Virus record (IMG/VR): IMGVR_UViG_3300030107_006644
Location: 1-64,000 of that record
Direction: 5' to 3' (one strand)
Length of the DNA stretch: 64,000 nt
In this document: positions 21,001 through 30,500 of the stretch, one piece after another
How positions within the stretch are numbered: the stretch's first letter is position 1
Layout of the letters: each line of letters opens with the position of its first letter
The notes under the pieces: generated by a model
Databases searched by the model: none
What the model was told of the DNA's origin: nothing
Seen by the model: the letters and a program-made list of their open reading frames with translations, nothing else
Position numbers and translations under genes: made by a program

Positions 21001-23465
21001 CTGATGAGTACGATCTGTTTTGCAATTCGTTTATTGAGCAATACGCTAAACAAATCGCCGATCAAGACAGTGCGTGGAAATCAGGATTGTTTAATTTCAT
21101 ACTTCAAGAAATTCCTACGGATGACGATGCGCCTGATGACTGGGAAGATGAGACGGTACAAAGTTTAGGCATTGTAGACGGCGATGGTGAGGCAATATTG
21201 AATAGTGGAAAGCACAGAGACAAGGAGGGAGATCAGTACGGTACACCGTTCGACACAGGCTGGTACCGTCCGGAAGAAGATGAAAGAATTAAAGGCCTGT
21301 CGGAAAATGTAAACCTACCAGAAGACGAGTATGGTACTGCTGCATATTATGTGCATAACCAGTATCAATATGGGTGGGCTAGACTGGCTGATGAGTGGCT
21401 ACCGGGCCCAGCAAATCCTTGCGAAGAGCAAGTCGGCGCCGACTTATTCGGATGGTCCGATCTCGAATCATACTGGTACGACAGATATCTTAATATTGCG
21501 GACGATCAGCGAGTTTCTTATAACCCATCCTGTACGTGGGATCCTCCATATGATCGTGTGAATACGCGCACCAACAAGGCTACTATGGAGGCCGTCATCA
21601 AGGCGACAATGAGGGTGACGATATTTGAGTTCGCTATTAAGGGTATGGCTGCCTTATCTAAATTTGATGCTTCTGCCGGCGTCTTTGGGGATCTTTTACC
21701 AGCATATATTTATGCCAACTTTAGGCAATTCTTGCACGAATGGTCGAAAACGTTTTGGGGAAGAATACAAAAGGGACATCAAAAATACGATCACGCCTTC
21801 TTGGAGCAGTGTGTGACCATGTACGCGCGCGGGATGGCAGATGGTCGATATCCTACGGAACAGGTAGTATTAGAGGCCATTGATCGCATTGACGAAGCAA
21901 TTAACAAATACTACCACCAACCTCAGTCGGATTGGTTTCATGCAACAAGAAATGGTACCCGTCGTAAAGTTTGGGAGAAAACAGAAACTGATGCATCCTT
22001 TATTGCGATGAAACTGTTCAAGGCAGAGTTTGAAGAAGCAATGGAAAAGATATCTAATTTTGTTTGCGGAGGCGAAGGACTGGTTGACGATTTGCAGATG
22101 CACTTTTTGAACGGCCACATGAATCTCGCCGGCGCACCAACCACAGTTTTGGGCACCAATGTGGTTAGCGATCTAGGAACACAAAGAAGGGCAGAACTCA
22201 CAGAGGTTCCAATAGAAAATCTTTCAGGTGTTGCAGTATCTGTGCTTAAAATTAAACCTGAGTATGAATATTTGAAAAGTGGAGGCTTCCTGCTTGAGCG
22301 CTACATTTATGTTGAGGACAAGGAAGAAGAGGACGAAGAGGTCAGCGACCGCGCTGATTCATTAAAGAAAGTTATCAACCTAGACGACTGGAAGTCGTAT
22401 GTTGAATCGAAGGGTTGGGATGATGAGGAATCGCAAGTTAGAGTGGGAGACCATTTTGATAATTGGAAATTTGGCTTAAGACTATCATATGTTCCAGCCA
22501 CAGAAGATCTTAGAGCGGCTGAAAATTTTGCTCATATCTCAGATGCTACAGCATTGGAGCAAAAGGCGTTCAAGATCGAAGAGCCGGATATTGTTGCAAG
22601 CATTACCCGTAGTGGCACCGGCGCCGGAGTGTGGGATTATACTATGGACGAGCTTGAGAGCGCAACAGAACTACTTGAACGTTTTGCGGGATTAGCACAA
22701 GATGCAATGAATCAAACTGCAGCTGCTGAAGCCGGCGAAGATGGAGAATACGAGGAGATAGAAATTGACGTCTCGGGAGTGTTTGATGCCATTGAAGCAA
22801 CCGATCCATTGCGGCTGATACCGCTAGTCTCTTATGAGCTTGAGATTCCGTCTGAAATGCTGATAAGAAACTTTGATGTTGTCGAAGACTACGACATTGA
22901 CTGTATGACTCAGCAATTGAGAAACGACGATACTTTTAAGGCTCTCTTTGAGTACTCCTTGCCTTTAAATAAGTTTTTGAGTCTGCCAACGATATATACA
23001 ATGCAGTCCTTCCTAGATTCTATTGGACTACAGGATGAGTGGTACCAAAAGGGCACAGAAGACGATGAGGGGGTTGACTATCCAGATCCATATCCGGGAG
23101 TATTTGGGATGTGGGCTAGAAGGCTACAGCACAGTTATGGCCCGGGCCTTATGACTGGAGACTGGTGGAAATCAGTTTTTGGATTCTTTAAGGTAAGAAA
23201 AAGTTATCGAGGCTGGGATAAGAGGTGCTTTGTAGAGACTCGCGAACTCTTGTTTGACTTGTTTGTTAATTCTTACGACTATAGCGGCAACGGAGGCTGG
23301 CGTTGGCCAAAGTTCAAGTTAAATTTCAGGTTGAACTTAAAGATTCCACCTTTTGCCTTTTTCTGGTTACCCAGATGGAGGATGAACAGGCAGCTGCCCG
23401 GACCCGACTGCGACGATGACGAAGCGGCATCAGCCGCAGAACGCGCTGCGTACAATAAGTCGTGA
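15087..23465 (+). CDS. Very large acidic, Cys-rich protein (2792 aa), probable baseplate/tail-associated
   Basis: Uninterrupted 8.4 kb ORF between spike-like and gp25-like genes; D/E-rich tracts; Trp-rich segments; no recognisable enzyme motif. Confidence 0.6.
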   Translation: MSGPKGNKLRELIEETMTEEYVAEEEAEETDTGLEPQEGTLGEDGEAEEEEELTAADIFAPISCTVEEEGCKEVDLTGLCSETCTPDPCAHVPDWKYARDPYLNKQNCHYCVTVFTDASDTQGSEEVLQEIKLEAIRKGVAKLLHKYNKSLTFTGFWDPEACEDSVEQPRMGGCAWSSDDRVEDVASEASDGSSAESAGESTMPDEASEGVDSDDPAEAGESDYYEDTAADDTDSESTSSEEGVPEPSEEESEPVPVEGESKTADGETVYWSEVEGEWIAEDNYFSGPAWYPGDVYDVVYTSPTGEYYLLAADGTYCKYDENIAFRETHGIAYGVEAGYIARANTMIQTAFQISMEDGNLFGLEFALLGSASDGRFESYIYDEDEGVCYQVQTSSEASEEEVDLLSDEDDDEPRFYTPGPGGYEGEEGSDDNPWESGSGSGTGKTKDDDGIDSDEPYLDDHGHPGSGGSGGGTYADEDTSDKGFNRDTSWKTASFTDTWKYLCGGSIDWDFETASGTTEDDVTKYVDGHALAADYFLRADTRLRVNVCIPANIFDNIPERTDTSAYSPMASTWATGTADKSAWKVTLTSEDIGSQISRVRWILKHYGEKRYPMSFKDTNLVMGETYNGMTQDEWNAQQEEFWGTDAVRLSHVWTADTFLEQRTNLEEFQTSLLNFLDRNMAHTETGTYRVRNFWSENIKAGGIENMLLEFDSNLHLKAITVTRRGCPPFTLMSAADAAAIEEEKSRVRALMLVEDAIEEGETTAEEEITSDYNVTDYFYNLGYSIGGDEVTEGSLDLQQELDDLTDDDRKMAMANPFQNPEIIAANQWEEFAESYPCTDPRTMAYVASLPYMDNSLQADTPLAWQDFMMLYTYPTIAFENFDEMRDNDPPCNSISSAAENILDSTFDIFMETLLGQYNKNLCQTWEGFNADREDRWSSAIEDGWKGGLRDIAGQDPFIKAVMEHIDHVGSLDGLWVSMFSRLSKCGWLSLLESWMKCWLAGMTFDQILQTVINSALENMDFEGLGQLLTIGLTEQQRNEIMDMVAEAAPELAQYRPWENTDMLVERDKYALTKAETYAGFQTTEGQASLAALNEANRTQAEANDEAYEDITASAAARTYAEAQATAGFPNLSSEQAAIASRRETEYIQATAETKTLGAILVDSGAVAALKDAYVEALMELLTPAELLEIMQNSLNIPLGWLSELGEVFACPNYAIFDPPFDSWFRQFMETLSQWDWKWWCKAGENLSWPELWFKWPPLTFDWVLEFIKILLDALEAALVEALKTLIKMLIQMLYDALCNLMGSIGAAALTGVGLMSETEHMDWLKENLCGSNATDAELQSALAVAARAMGIANMEMTEVELEEYGRSAVEVMGSAAKSMPAHVTLNLLTGNASREQMIDACDYFGSTDTAIGDSLSNPQNCEKFYKTLGGVFIGQEAIEKVRDNFIAKMKCADGYSLCGIDDLEGHKQDLAKSLLATKQLTMDQVEKIINDEVGSRIENFSKVAGAYTNGGMPTQTGFGTCAAKVDASGQPVAATGSCPETANAFLLRENPETLSEARGVAGAIFEACQVEYEKELSGIGGLFDRILSNKDGEGKQMHDRNLVENLENGIHNPYTIGKYLQGVLAGDTSEYTYFTGDSRKTQSFTLSRFNSSAGISDHHVADAEGEITCFTKATQRNIKQYIWSFDKVWLNDYIYGIDYHTDSSYRDSDHEGGWDIWTHQDSLDERIPGNSKTVNDLHEEGVESNFQAGEEWKVYSIYRKYRYKRKGVVDYPNPTCVMEYNSTDPFKGEEDDKGQPHYVIHYWHDERAVRDKTTNYYSSAEDELIRDTAKLHLFWVLPESEQEGEGEFTIDYAESPLSRDAKEQAGNIMSLHNGMGARSQTSRANGALNPIIRVVSDIPSGTLEQIQNIDITGMVSDSEEWANDGSRSYQKPAVFAKHIRNIIAEASTTEEDADADASLDNVLESMTEILRTDEYDLFCNSFIEQYAKQIADQDSAWKSGLFNFILQEIPTDDDAPDDWEDETVQSLGIVDGDGEAILNSGKHRDKEGDQYGTPFDTGWYRPEEDERIKGLSENVNLPEDEYGTAAYYVHNQYQYGWARLADEWLPGPANPCEEQVGADLFGWSDLESYWYDRYLNIADDQRVSYNPSCTWDPPYDRVNTRTNKATMEAVIKATMRVTIFEFAIKGMAALSKFDASAGVFGDLLPAYIYANFRQFLHEWSKTFWGRIQKGHQKYDHAFLEQCVTMYARGMADGRYPTEQVVLEAIDRIDEAINKYYHQPQSDWFHATRNGTRRKVWEKTETDASFIAMKLFKAEFEEAMEKISNFVCGGEGLVDDLQMHFLNGHMNLAGAPTTVLGTNVVSDLGTQRRAELTEVPIENLSGVAVSVLKIKPEYEYLKSGGFLLERYIYVEDKEEEDEEVSDRADSLKKVINLDDWKSYVESKGWDDEESQVRVGDHFDNWKFGLRLSYVPATEDLRAAENFAHISDATALEQKAFKIEEPDIVASITRSGTGAGVWDYTMDELESATELLERFAGLAQDAMNQTAAAEAGEDGEYEEIEIDVSGVFDAIEATDPLRLIPLVSYELEIPSEMLIRNFDVVEDYDIDCMTQQLRNDDTFKALFEYSLPLNKFLSLPTIYTMQSFLDSIGLQDEWYQKGTEDDEGVDYPDPYPGVFGMWARRLQHSYGPGLMTGDWWKSVFGFFKVRKSYRGWDKRCFVETRELLFDLFVNSYDYSGNGGWRWPKFKLNFRLNLKIPPFAFFWLPRWRMNRQLPGPDCDDDEAASAAERAAYNKS

Positions 23466-23467
23466 AA

Positions 23468-23502
23468 TATACTTATTATAAACTATTTATTGTATACTTA
23501 TT
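23468..23502 (+). promoter_or_regulatory. Tandem candidate late-promoter elements (TATACTTATT / CTATTTATT / TATACTTATT)
   Basis: Three TA(C/T)TTATT copies fill the intergenic gap before the gp25-like gene; related CTA(T/C/A)TTA motif recurs before other virion genes. Confidence 0.45.
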
Positions 23503-23520
23503 GAAGAGAGGAAACCCTCA

Positions 23521-24240
23521 ATGTCCGATACGGTAAAAATTCCAGCTACAGTTGCCGGCCGTTTGATGGCCGCCGGCGGCTACTCTCCGGATGTAATGCC
23601 ATACGTGCAGGATAACACGACAGCTTTTTCGCAAAACCTTACTGTAAGAAGTTTAGCACTGCAGAACTTCATCAATTTACTTCTGTGTGTGCCGGGTGAA
23701 AGGATAATGGATATTAATTTTGGAGTTGGTTTAAAAACATACTTGTTTCGAATGAATGATATGACAACAAGGGAAGACTTAAGGAGCAATATTTTATCAC
23801 AAACAAGCACTTATTTGCCCTATATTACAATTAACGATATGCAAATAACCACACCAGAAGGTGAGGCAAACGCGATACATCTGGAGATTGTGTTTACAAT
23901 AACAACAACTGGCGAATCTATGTATCTTATAATTAAGGATGGAGCAGCTACACTTCTCTCTTCGCAATTGCTCACAACGGACGAGGCCGGCCGAGTCTGT
24001 TCTAGCGAAAAGGTCGCAGCTTCTATTGGTGTTGATCCTGATTCGGACAAAATGTATGTTTGGGATCCCGTGGAAGCTCAAGCAATATACGAATCGTGCG
24101 AAGAAATGGGATATAGTTCTAGTGAAGGGGAGTCTGGCACCACGGGAATTCCAATATCGGACGGATACGAGGTGGTTGTTGATCTCGAAACCGTTAGAGA
24201 GCACCTCGAAGAAATTCTGGGAGAAGGAGTAGAACCATGA
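23521..24240 (+). CDS. Baseplate wedge protein gp25/GpW-like with C-terminal extension
   Basis: NFINLLLCVPGERIMDINFGVGLKTYLF...YLPYITI signature; GAGAGG RBS. Confidence 0.85.
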   Translation: MSDTVKIPATVAGRLMAAGGYSPDVMPYVQDNTTAFSQNLTVRSLALQNFINLLLCVPGERIMDINFGVGLKTYLFRMNDMTTREDLRSNILSQTSTYLPYITINDMQITTPEGEANAIHLEIVFTITTTGESMYLIIKDGAATLLSSQLLTTDEAGRVCSSEKVAASIGVDPDSDKMYVWDPVEAQAIYESCEEMGYSSSEGESGTTGIPISDGYEVVVDLETVREHLEEILGEGVEP

Positions 24241-24259
24241 AATTAAGAGGGGTATATAA

Positions 24260-26068
24260 ATGGCTAGCAAAATAATACCGATTAAGTATACGAGCAGAGA
24301 TTTTAATTCGATTAAAGCCGATTTGGTTGAATATGCAAGGCGGTACTATCCTGACACATTCAAGGATTTTAACGAAGCCAGCTTCGGCGCACTAATGCTT
24401 GATACTGTTGCCTACGTGGGCGATGTGTTGTCGTTCTATATGGACTACCAGATTAATGAGTCTTTTATTGACACTGCGGTAGAGTATAGCAATGTGTTGC
24501 GACTGGCAAGACAACAGGGTTACAAGATTCCGGGTGCAGCATCAAGCTTTGGAGAAGTCTCCTTATATATTCTGATTCCAGCAAACAGCACAGGGCTAGG
24601 CCCCGATCCAGACTTTATACCAACATTGATGGAGGGTTCTACATTTTCTGCTCAAGGTGGAACCACCTTTTCGTTACTGGAAGACATAGATTTTTCAAAT
24701 CCAGATAATGAGGTTGTGGCCGCTAAAATAAATGAAGCGACCGGCGTGCCAACACATTATGCGATTAAAGCATACGGCAAGGTGGTGTCAGGCAGGGTTA
24801 CCTATAAGGATTACACTGTGGGCACCTTTAAGAGATTTAGAAAAATAAGAATTGGCCCGCGAAGTGTGGGAGAGGTTTTATCTGTAACGGATTCAGAAGG
24901 AAATCGCTATTATGAGGTTGGCCACTTATCACAAAACATGGTTTATGCACCGGTCGCAAACGTGTCAGACGACAGAACTACTGTGCCGAATATCATAAAG
25001 CCGCTAATAGTGCCTAGGAGGTATGTTGTTGAACGCAATGGTTCTGACTGCTTCATCCAGTTTGGACACGGCTCAGAGTCTGAATTAAATAGTCCAAGTA
25101 TTGAGGATCCGCGCTCCGTAGCAATACAAGTGCATGCTAAAAAATACACTACAGATAGAGAGTTTGACCCGAATAAATTGTTGTTTACCGATACGATGGG
25201 TATTGGTCCACAAAATACAACGATAAGAGTGACGTATAGAACCAACGGCACAGGCCGCACAGGCGCCGCAGTTAACGGGATCACCCGAGTTCAGACTCCG
25301 ATTTTTAACTTCAAGACAACCAAATCAAGCGTACTGGCTGATGCTCGATTGGGCTCTGTTAAGAAGTCGCTGGAGCTAACCAACGAAAGTGTTATTCCTT
25401 CGGCCAGTGGCAGAATCTCGACAACAGAGCTTAAGAAGAGAGTTGCAGGACATTACGCTGCGCAAAATAGAGCAGTGACAAAAGAGGATTATCTAACTTT
25501 GGTGTATACAATGCCGGCCAAATTCGGCTCAGTAAAGCGGGCGAATATATTGCGAGATCCCGACTCTTTTAAGAGAAATTTGAATCTATACATTATATCA
25601 GAAACTAATAGGGGGCACCTAACCCAATCCACCACAACGTTAAAGCAGAATATAAAAACTTGGCTAAACCAACATAGAATGCTTAGCGATACTATCGACA
25701 TTTTAGATGCGAAAATAATAAACTTTGGTATTGAATTTGAAGTCAAGGCAATGCCAAATGTAGATAAGACGGCGGTATATACTTCTTGCCGGAATATGCT
25801 GCGTGATGAACTATCAGGCCCTACTCGTATCAAGGATATTGGAGAGCCACTTTCTTTGTCGCGACTTTACACAAGGCTAAATAACATCAGAGGAGTTATG
25901 GACGTAAAAACGATTAAAGTATTGCAGAGAAGCGGTACACCATATTCTCAAGTTGTGTACGACATTAAGAGCAACATGACGGCTGACGGACAATACCTAA
26001 AGGTTCCCGACAACTGCGTAATAGAATTAAAATACCCATCTAGAGATATACAAGGAACGGTTAGATAA
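24260..26068 (+). CDS. Baseplate wedge protein, T4 gp6 / baseplate J-like
   Basis: YTSRDFNSIK..L, DFNEASFG, ESFIDTA, LARQQGYK, IQFG.G, AQNRAVTKEDY motifs; follows gp25-like gene. Confidence 0.88.
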   Translation: MASKIIPIKYTSRDFNSIKADLVEYARRYYPDTFKDFNEASFGALMLDTVAYVGDVLSFYMDYQINESFIDTAVEYSNVLRLARQQGYKIPGAASSFGEVSLYILIPANSTGLGPDPDFIPTLMEGSTFSAQGGTTFSLLEDIDFSNPDNEVVAAKINEATGVPTHYAIKAYGKVVSGRVTYKDYTVGTFKRFRKIRIGPRSVGEVLSVTDSEGNRYYEVGHLSQNMVYAPVANVSDDRTTVPNIIKPLIVPRRYVVERNGSDCFIQFGHGSESELNSPSIEDPRSVAIQVHAKKYTTDREFDPNKLLFTDTMGIGPQNTTIRVTYRTNGTGRTGAAVNGITRVQTPIFNFKTTKSSVLADARLGSVKKSLELTNESVIPSASGRISTTELKKRVAGHYAAQNRAVTKEDYLTLVYTMPAKFGSVKRANILRDPDSFKRNLNLYIISETNRGHLTQSTTTLKQNIKTWLNQHRMLSDTIDILDAKIINFGIEFEVKAMPNVDKTAVYTSCRNMLRDELSGPTRIKDIGEPLSLSRLYTRLNNIRGVMDVKTIKVLQRSGTPYSQVVYDIKSNMTADGQYLKVPDNCVIELKYPSRDIQGTVR

Positions 26069-27543
26069 TGGCTATTAAGAGATACCAAGCTGATGCTGAT
26101 ACAACCATAACGAACGCCTATCAGGATAATATGGAAACTCGCGGCACGGGCTCCAACATGGGAGGCGCAGACGTTTTAGAGACGTTTGTGATTTATGCTC
26201 AACAGAGCAGAACAAGTGTTGAATTGCAAAGAATTCTTGTGAAATTTCCTGTAGCCACGATGAGCAGCGACCGATCCTCGGGAGCGATCCCGGCTTCTGG
26301 CAGTGTTAACTTCTATTTAAAAATGTACAACGCACCACACGCCAGAACACTACCAAGCCAATATGAATTGTGGGTTTCCTCGATTTCTACAGAATGGGAC
26401 GAGGGTGTTGGCTTAGATCTAGAGACATATGAAGATCGCGGGTATGCAAACTGGATAGTTGCGAGATCGGGCTCCTCGGGAACAGGTAGCTGGACTGCAG
26501 CCGGCGGAGATTATCATAATGATGCGAAGTCTTCTTTTACTGCATCTTTTGATCTTGGAAACGAGGATATAGAATTAGACATTACCACTCTTGTTGAGCA
26601 GTGGATTAATAGTGATGGAAATGTTTTAGGCTCTAAATCGAACTACGGAGTTGGAATCAAGTTTTCGCCCACATCCGAACAAGCCGTGTCTTCTTCTTAT
26701 ACAAAAAGGTTTTTTTCAAGAAGTTCGGAATTTTTCTACAAGCGCCCGGTTATCGAAGCGCGCTGGGATTCGGCAATAAAAGATGATCGAGGCGGTTTTT
26801 ACATTAGCAGTTCCCTCGCCGGCGAAGAAAATATTAATGATATCTTCTTACACAACTACATTAGAGGCAAGCTTAGGTCGATTCCCTCATCCGAGTCTTT
26901 AATAGTTAGAATCTATTCTGGTTCCTCCGGCCCATCTGGTTTGCCGCTAGATATTAAAAATGTTAACAACAACGCAGCGACCGCTGTCTCAGCGAACGAA
27001 ATAAGTACCGGAGTGTACAAAGCGCGCCTACAGGTTACTAGTTCAATTAGTTCAACCGAATCACTATATGATGTGTGGGTTCTAGGCTCAGAAGAGGTGC
27101 ATACAGGATCCGCTATCACTCCTAAAAAATTCGATAAGGGATTTGCTTATACGGCAGCACCGTCTCCACAATATGTTGTGGCGCCAATGAATTTAAAAAG
27201 TGTTTACAGTAACGAGGAAGTTGCTAGATTTAGATTTTTTGTGCGAGAGAAGAATTGGAGCCCAACTATTTACAGCAAGGCTACGGCAACTCAGCCGTCC
27301 GCTGTTTTGGATAGTGGCTCTTTTAAGATTTTTAGGATAAGAGATGGAACAGAAGCAATTCCTTACGGTACCGGCAGTACAATGCATACTCAAATGTCGC
27401 ACGATGTTTCAGGAAGCTATTTTGATTTAGACATGGCTATGATGGAGCCGGGCTATTCGTATGGAATCCAAATTGCTTACTACAATGATATGCAGTCTAG
27501 CTGGACCGAGATACCAGACATTTATAAATTTAGAGTAGAATAA
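26068..27543 (+). CDS. Virion structural protein (DNRLRE/CBM96-like beta-sandwich N-terminus)
   Basis: ADADTTI, RILVKF, WDEG.G, W...GGD, DITTLVEQW, NYGVGIK pattern; TAATG coupling with gp6-like gene. Confidence 0.55.
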   Translation: MAIKRYQADADTTITNAYQDNMETRGTGSNMGGADVLETFVIYAQQSRTSVELQRILVKFPVATMSSDRSSGAIPASGSVNFYLKMYNAPHARTLPSQYELWVSSISTEWDEGVGLDLETYEDRGYANWIVARSGSSGTGSWTAAGGDYHNDAKSSFTASFDLGNEDIELDITTLVEQWINSDGNVLGSKSNYGVGIKFSPTSEQAVSSSYTKRFFSRSSEFFYKRPVIEARWDSAIKDDRGGFYISSSLAGEENINDIFLHNYIRGKLRSIPSSESLIVRIYSGSSGPSGLPLDIKNVNNNAATAVSANEISTGVYKARLQVTSSISSTESLYDVWVLGSEEVHTGSAITPKKFDKGFAYTAAPSPQYVVAPMNLKSVYSNEEVARFRFFVREKNWSPTIYSKATATQPSAVLDSGSFKIFRIRDGTEAIPYGTGSTMHTQMSHDVSGSYFDLDMAMMEPGYSYGIQIAYYNDMQSSWTEIPDIYKFRVE

Positions 27544-27551
27544 TAAACGTT

Positions 27552-30500
27552 ATGAGCGTAAAGAAACTTTTTGATAAAGCGAAAAAAACAAGACCGGTTG
27601 TTAAGAAACCGAACAAGCGTCTGCACGTTGATGTAGAGTCGGAAGACTTTATGGAGGCTAAGGCCGCAACGCAGGAAAGATACGACCCGCATGTAATCTA
27701 TGGCACCACGCCAATAGAAATGAAGAACTTTGTAAGATACGGCTCTGCAAAGCGGTATTTTGAAGACGCGTTCTCAAGAATCTATACAACTTATCCGTAT
27801 GACGGTTCGCTAAAAGAAAAAGAGGAATGGTCACAAACCTCAACGCCTCTTGACCGCTATATCTTCGACAATGTATATCCTAGAACAAATGGCTATATAC
27901 GAATTTCTTCTGCTGGTTGGGGCGCCCTAGGCGCTAATGGAATCACTGTTGGGTACGGACACCCAAGCACTTTAGAGTATGTTACGTTTTATGGAGGTCC
28001 TACAACGGGGTCCGCCACTAACCTGATGAAACATTTCGATCTTCAAGATCGCGGTGTTGGATCCAACATTTATGAAAGCTATAGTGAACTTTCTTCGTCG
28101 ACCGGCGGAGAGGTCGGATTAGGGACAAGAGAATCCAACCTTAAGTTTGACGTGGAAGATTTTGGTGTTACTGTAGAATTTTGGCTTAAAAAGACGGCAT
28201 TCACTACGGCTAAAACAGAGAAAGAAGTTATTTTCGACCTTTGGAACGGAGAGACCCCGGCTACTGATGGCTACGGGCGCTTAAGAATTGAGATAGATGG
28301 TACGGCAACAGGATCTCCATTTTTGGTCTCCTGCCAATCAGGATCGTCAGCCGGCTTCTCCAATGAGGTTGTCGGAACGGGCCTTACCACAACAACTCTG
28401 CAAGATTGGTCTCACTATGCGGTATCGTTAAAGGCGGACACTTCCACTAATAAAATTCGTACACGTCTGTATGTCAACGGCGTTTTGAATCAGGAACAGT
28501 CTTTAGGCACAGCGATGGGCGAAGTTACTGGCTCGCTGATTGCTAATATTGGTGCTCTCCGAGGTGCCACAACGTCTGCTACTGTTGGCACGGTAGCTGA
28601 AGGGTACGGAAAGCTTTCGGGCTCTTTGGATGAGTTTAGATATTGGAAGGCCGAGCGTGGCATTAAGGAAGTTGGTCGCCACTGGTTCAAGCAGTATGCC
28701 GGAGGCACCAACACTGATTTGTCCAACACTACGCTTGGTGTATATTATAAGTTTAACGAAGGCTGCACCGGAACGGCCTCCGTAGATCAGACAGTACTCG
28801 ATTATTCAGGCCGCCTAACAAACGGACACTGGGTTGGGTATCCGGGTTGCACAGCGCGCTGTGTTGATTCCGCTATGGTCCTCGCTGGAGCCGCAGAGCG
28901 GGAATTTAAAGATCCGATTCTGTATTCTTTTCATTCTGACGTTGCGACAAAAAAAGAGACCATTTCAAAAAATGCAAAAGCGTATGATGATAACAACAGC
29001 AGTTCGATTTATTCAACGATACCGAACTGGATTTTGGAGTTTCAAGAGAACAACACAGCCAACGATCTAGAATATCTCACTCAGATAATGGCTTCCGAGT
29101 TTGACAAGCTACATCAGCAAATTTCGGCCCTCAGCCGAGTGCGAGATAGCAGCTATCTATCTTCGACGCAAACATCGATACCGTTTACAGATAAGATGCT
29201 TACAGAGCGCGGCATGCCCGCTGCAGATATTTTTGAAAATGCAGATCTGCTAGCAAAAATTATGGGTAGATCCGAAAGTCAAGAATATGAATCAGATATT
29301 GTTGATATTAAAAATAGAATCTATCACAGCATTTATAATAATCTCAGCAACATTTTTAAATCCAAAGGCACAGAAAAGGCGTTTAGAAACCTTATACGAT
29401 GCTTTGGTGTGGACGAAAAACTATTAAAGTTAAATATCTATGGCGATAATGCGACATATAAACTAACAGATAACGCTAAAATAGTTGCCAAGAAAAGAAG
29501 GTATGCAAACTTCTACTCAAGCGGATCTGATGATGCAACAGTGGTGCAGCAGACAGCTAGCTCTAATGCCAATTCGGTTTCCTACATAACGGGTTCTAAC
29601 AACAGCTTGTACGAGCCTTATTCCGGTATGACTGTTGAAGCAGAGGTCCACTTTCCCAAGAAAAAATCAGCTTCCGATGAGGGATATTTCGCAGTCACAT
29701 ATCATACCGCATCCCTTTTCGGAATGCACACGGTTGGCGACGATCCGGCAGACTTTACATTTTTAACAGATGATTATGCAAACCTCCAAGTTTATGCGCT
29801 AAGGGATGCATCAGACAACAAGTCAGCTAGATTTATGTTAACGTCTTCATCTCCTTTCCCAATTCCAGAGATAATAACTGATTTATATAAAGATGTGTAT
29901 GAAGACCAGACATGGAACCTGTCTGTACGACTACGCCCCTCGAAGTATCCGATTTCTGACATGGTTCACGGAGCAGAAGCTGTGGCGGCTACAGCGACTA
30001 TCACCACAGTTGCCGAAGCATCAATTAATGATACTAAAGATTTTACACTAACAGACGCTGCCGGCACAACAACGACATACAACTTCTCTACAGGGCTGGC
30101 AACCACCGATAATAACGTTGCTTATACTCCGGGCGGTCAAGACGGCCGTGGACCAGCGGGCACCATTACAATTGGTGTACTCGGAACTACAACGGCCGCC
30201 GATATCCGAGATGAAATTATCACAAGGATTAATGCGGGAACCTCTATAGGTTTTGCCGCATCGGCGTCTGGTGACAATGTTCTTGTTACGCAAAATACTG
30301 CTGGCACTGCCGGAAATACATCAATTACGGAGCCAGCAGGTGCTACCGGCTTAACTCTACCGTCAACTTTTACTGGTGGGTTGGGTGCAGCCCACCCCTT
30401 TAAAGTAGAATTCCATGGCCTGCGCTTAATTGCGGGAGAAGTGATCGACGAGTTTTTGTTGACATCTTCTGCAACGCACGCGAGCGGGTCCCTATTCCTC

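Noticed and set aside
15087-24240. Halophilic (archaeal) host inferred from acidic proteins
   Set aside because: Acidity is limited to a few proteins; the enzymes have ordinary Lys-rich composition and the promoters are bacterial
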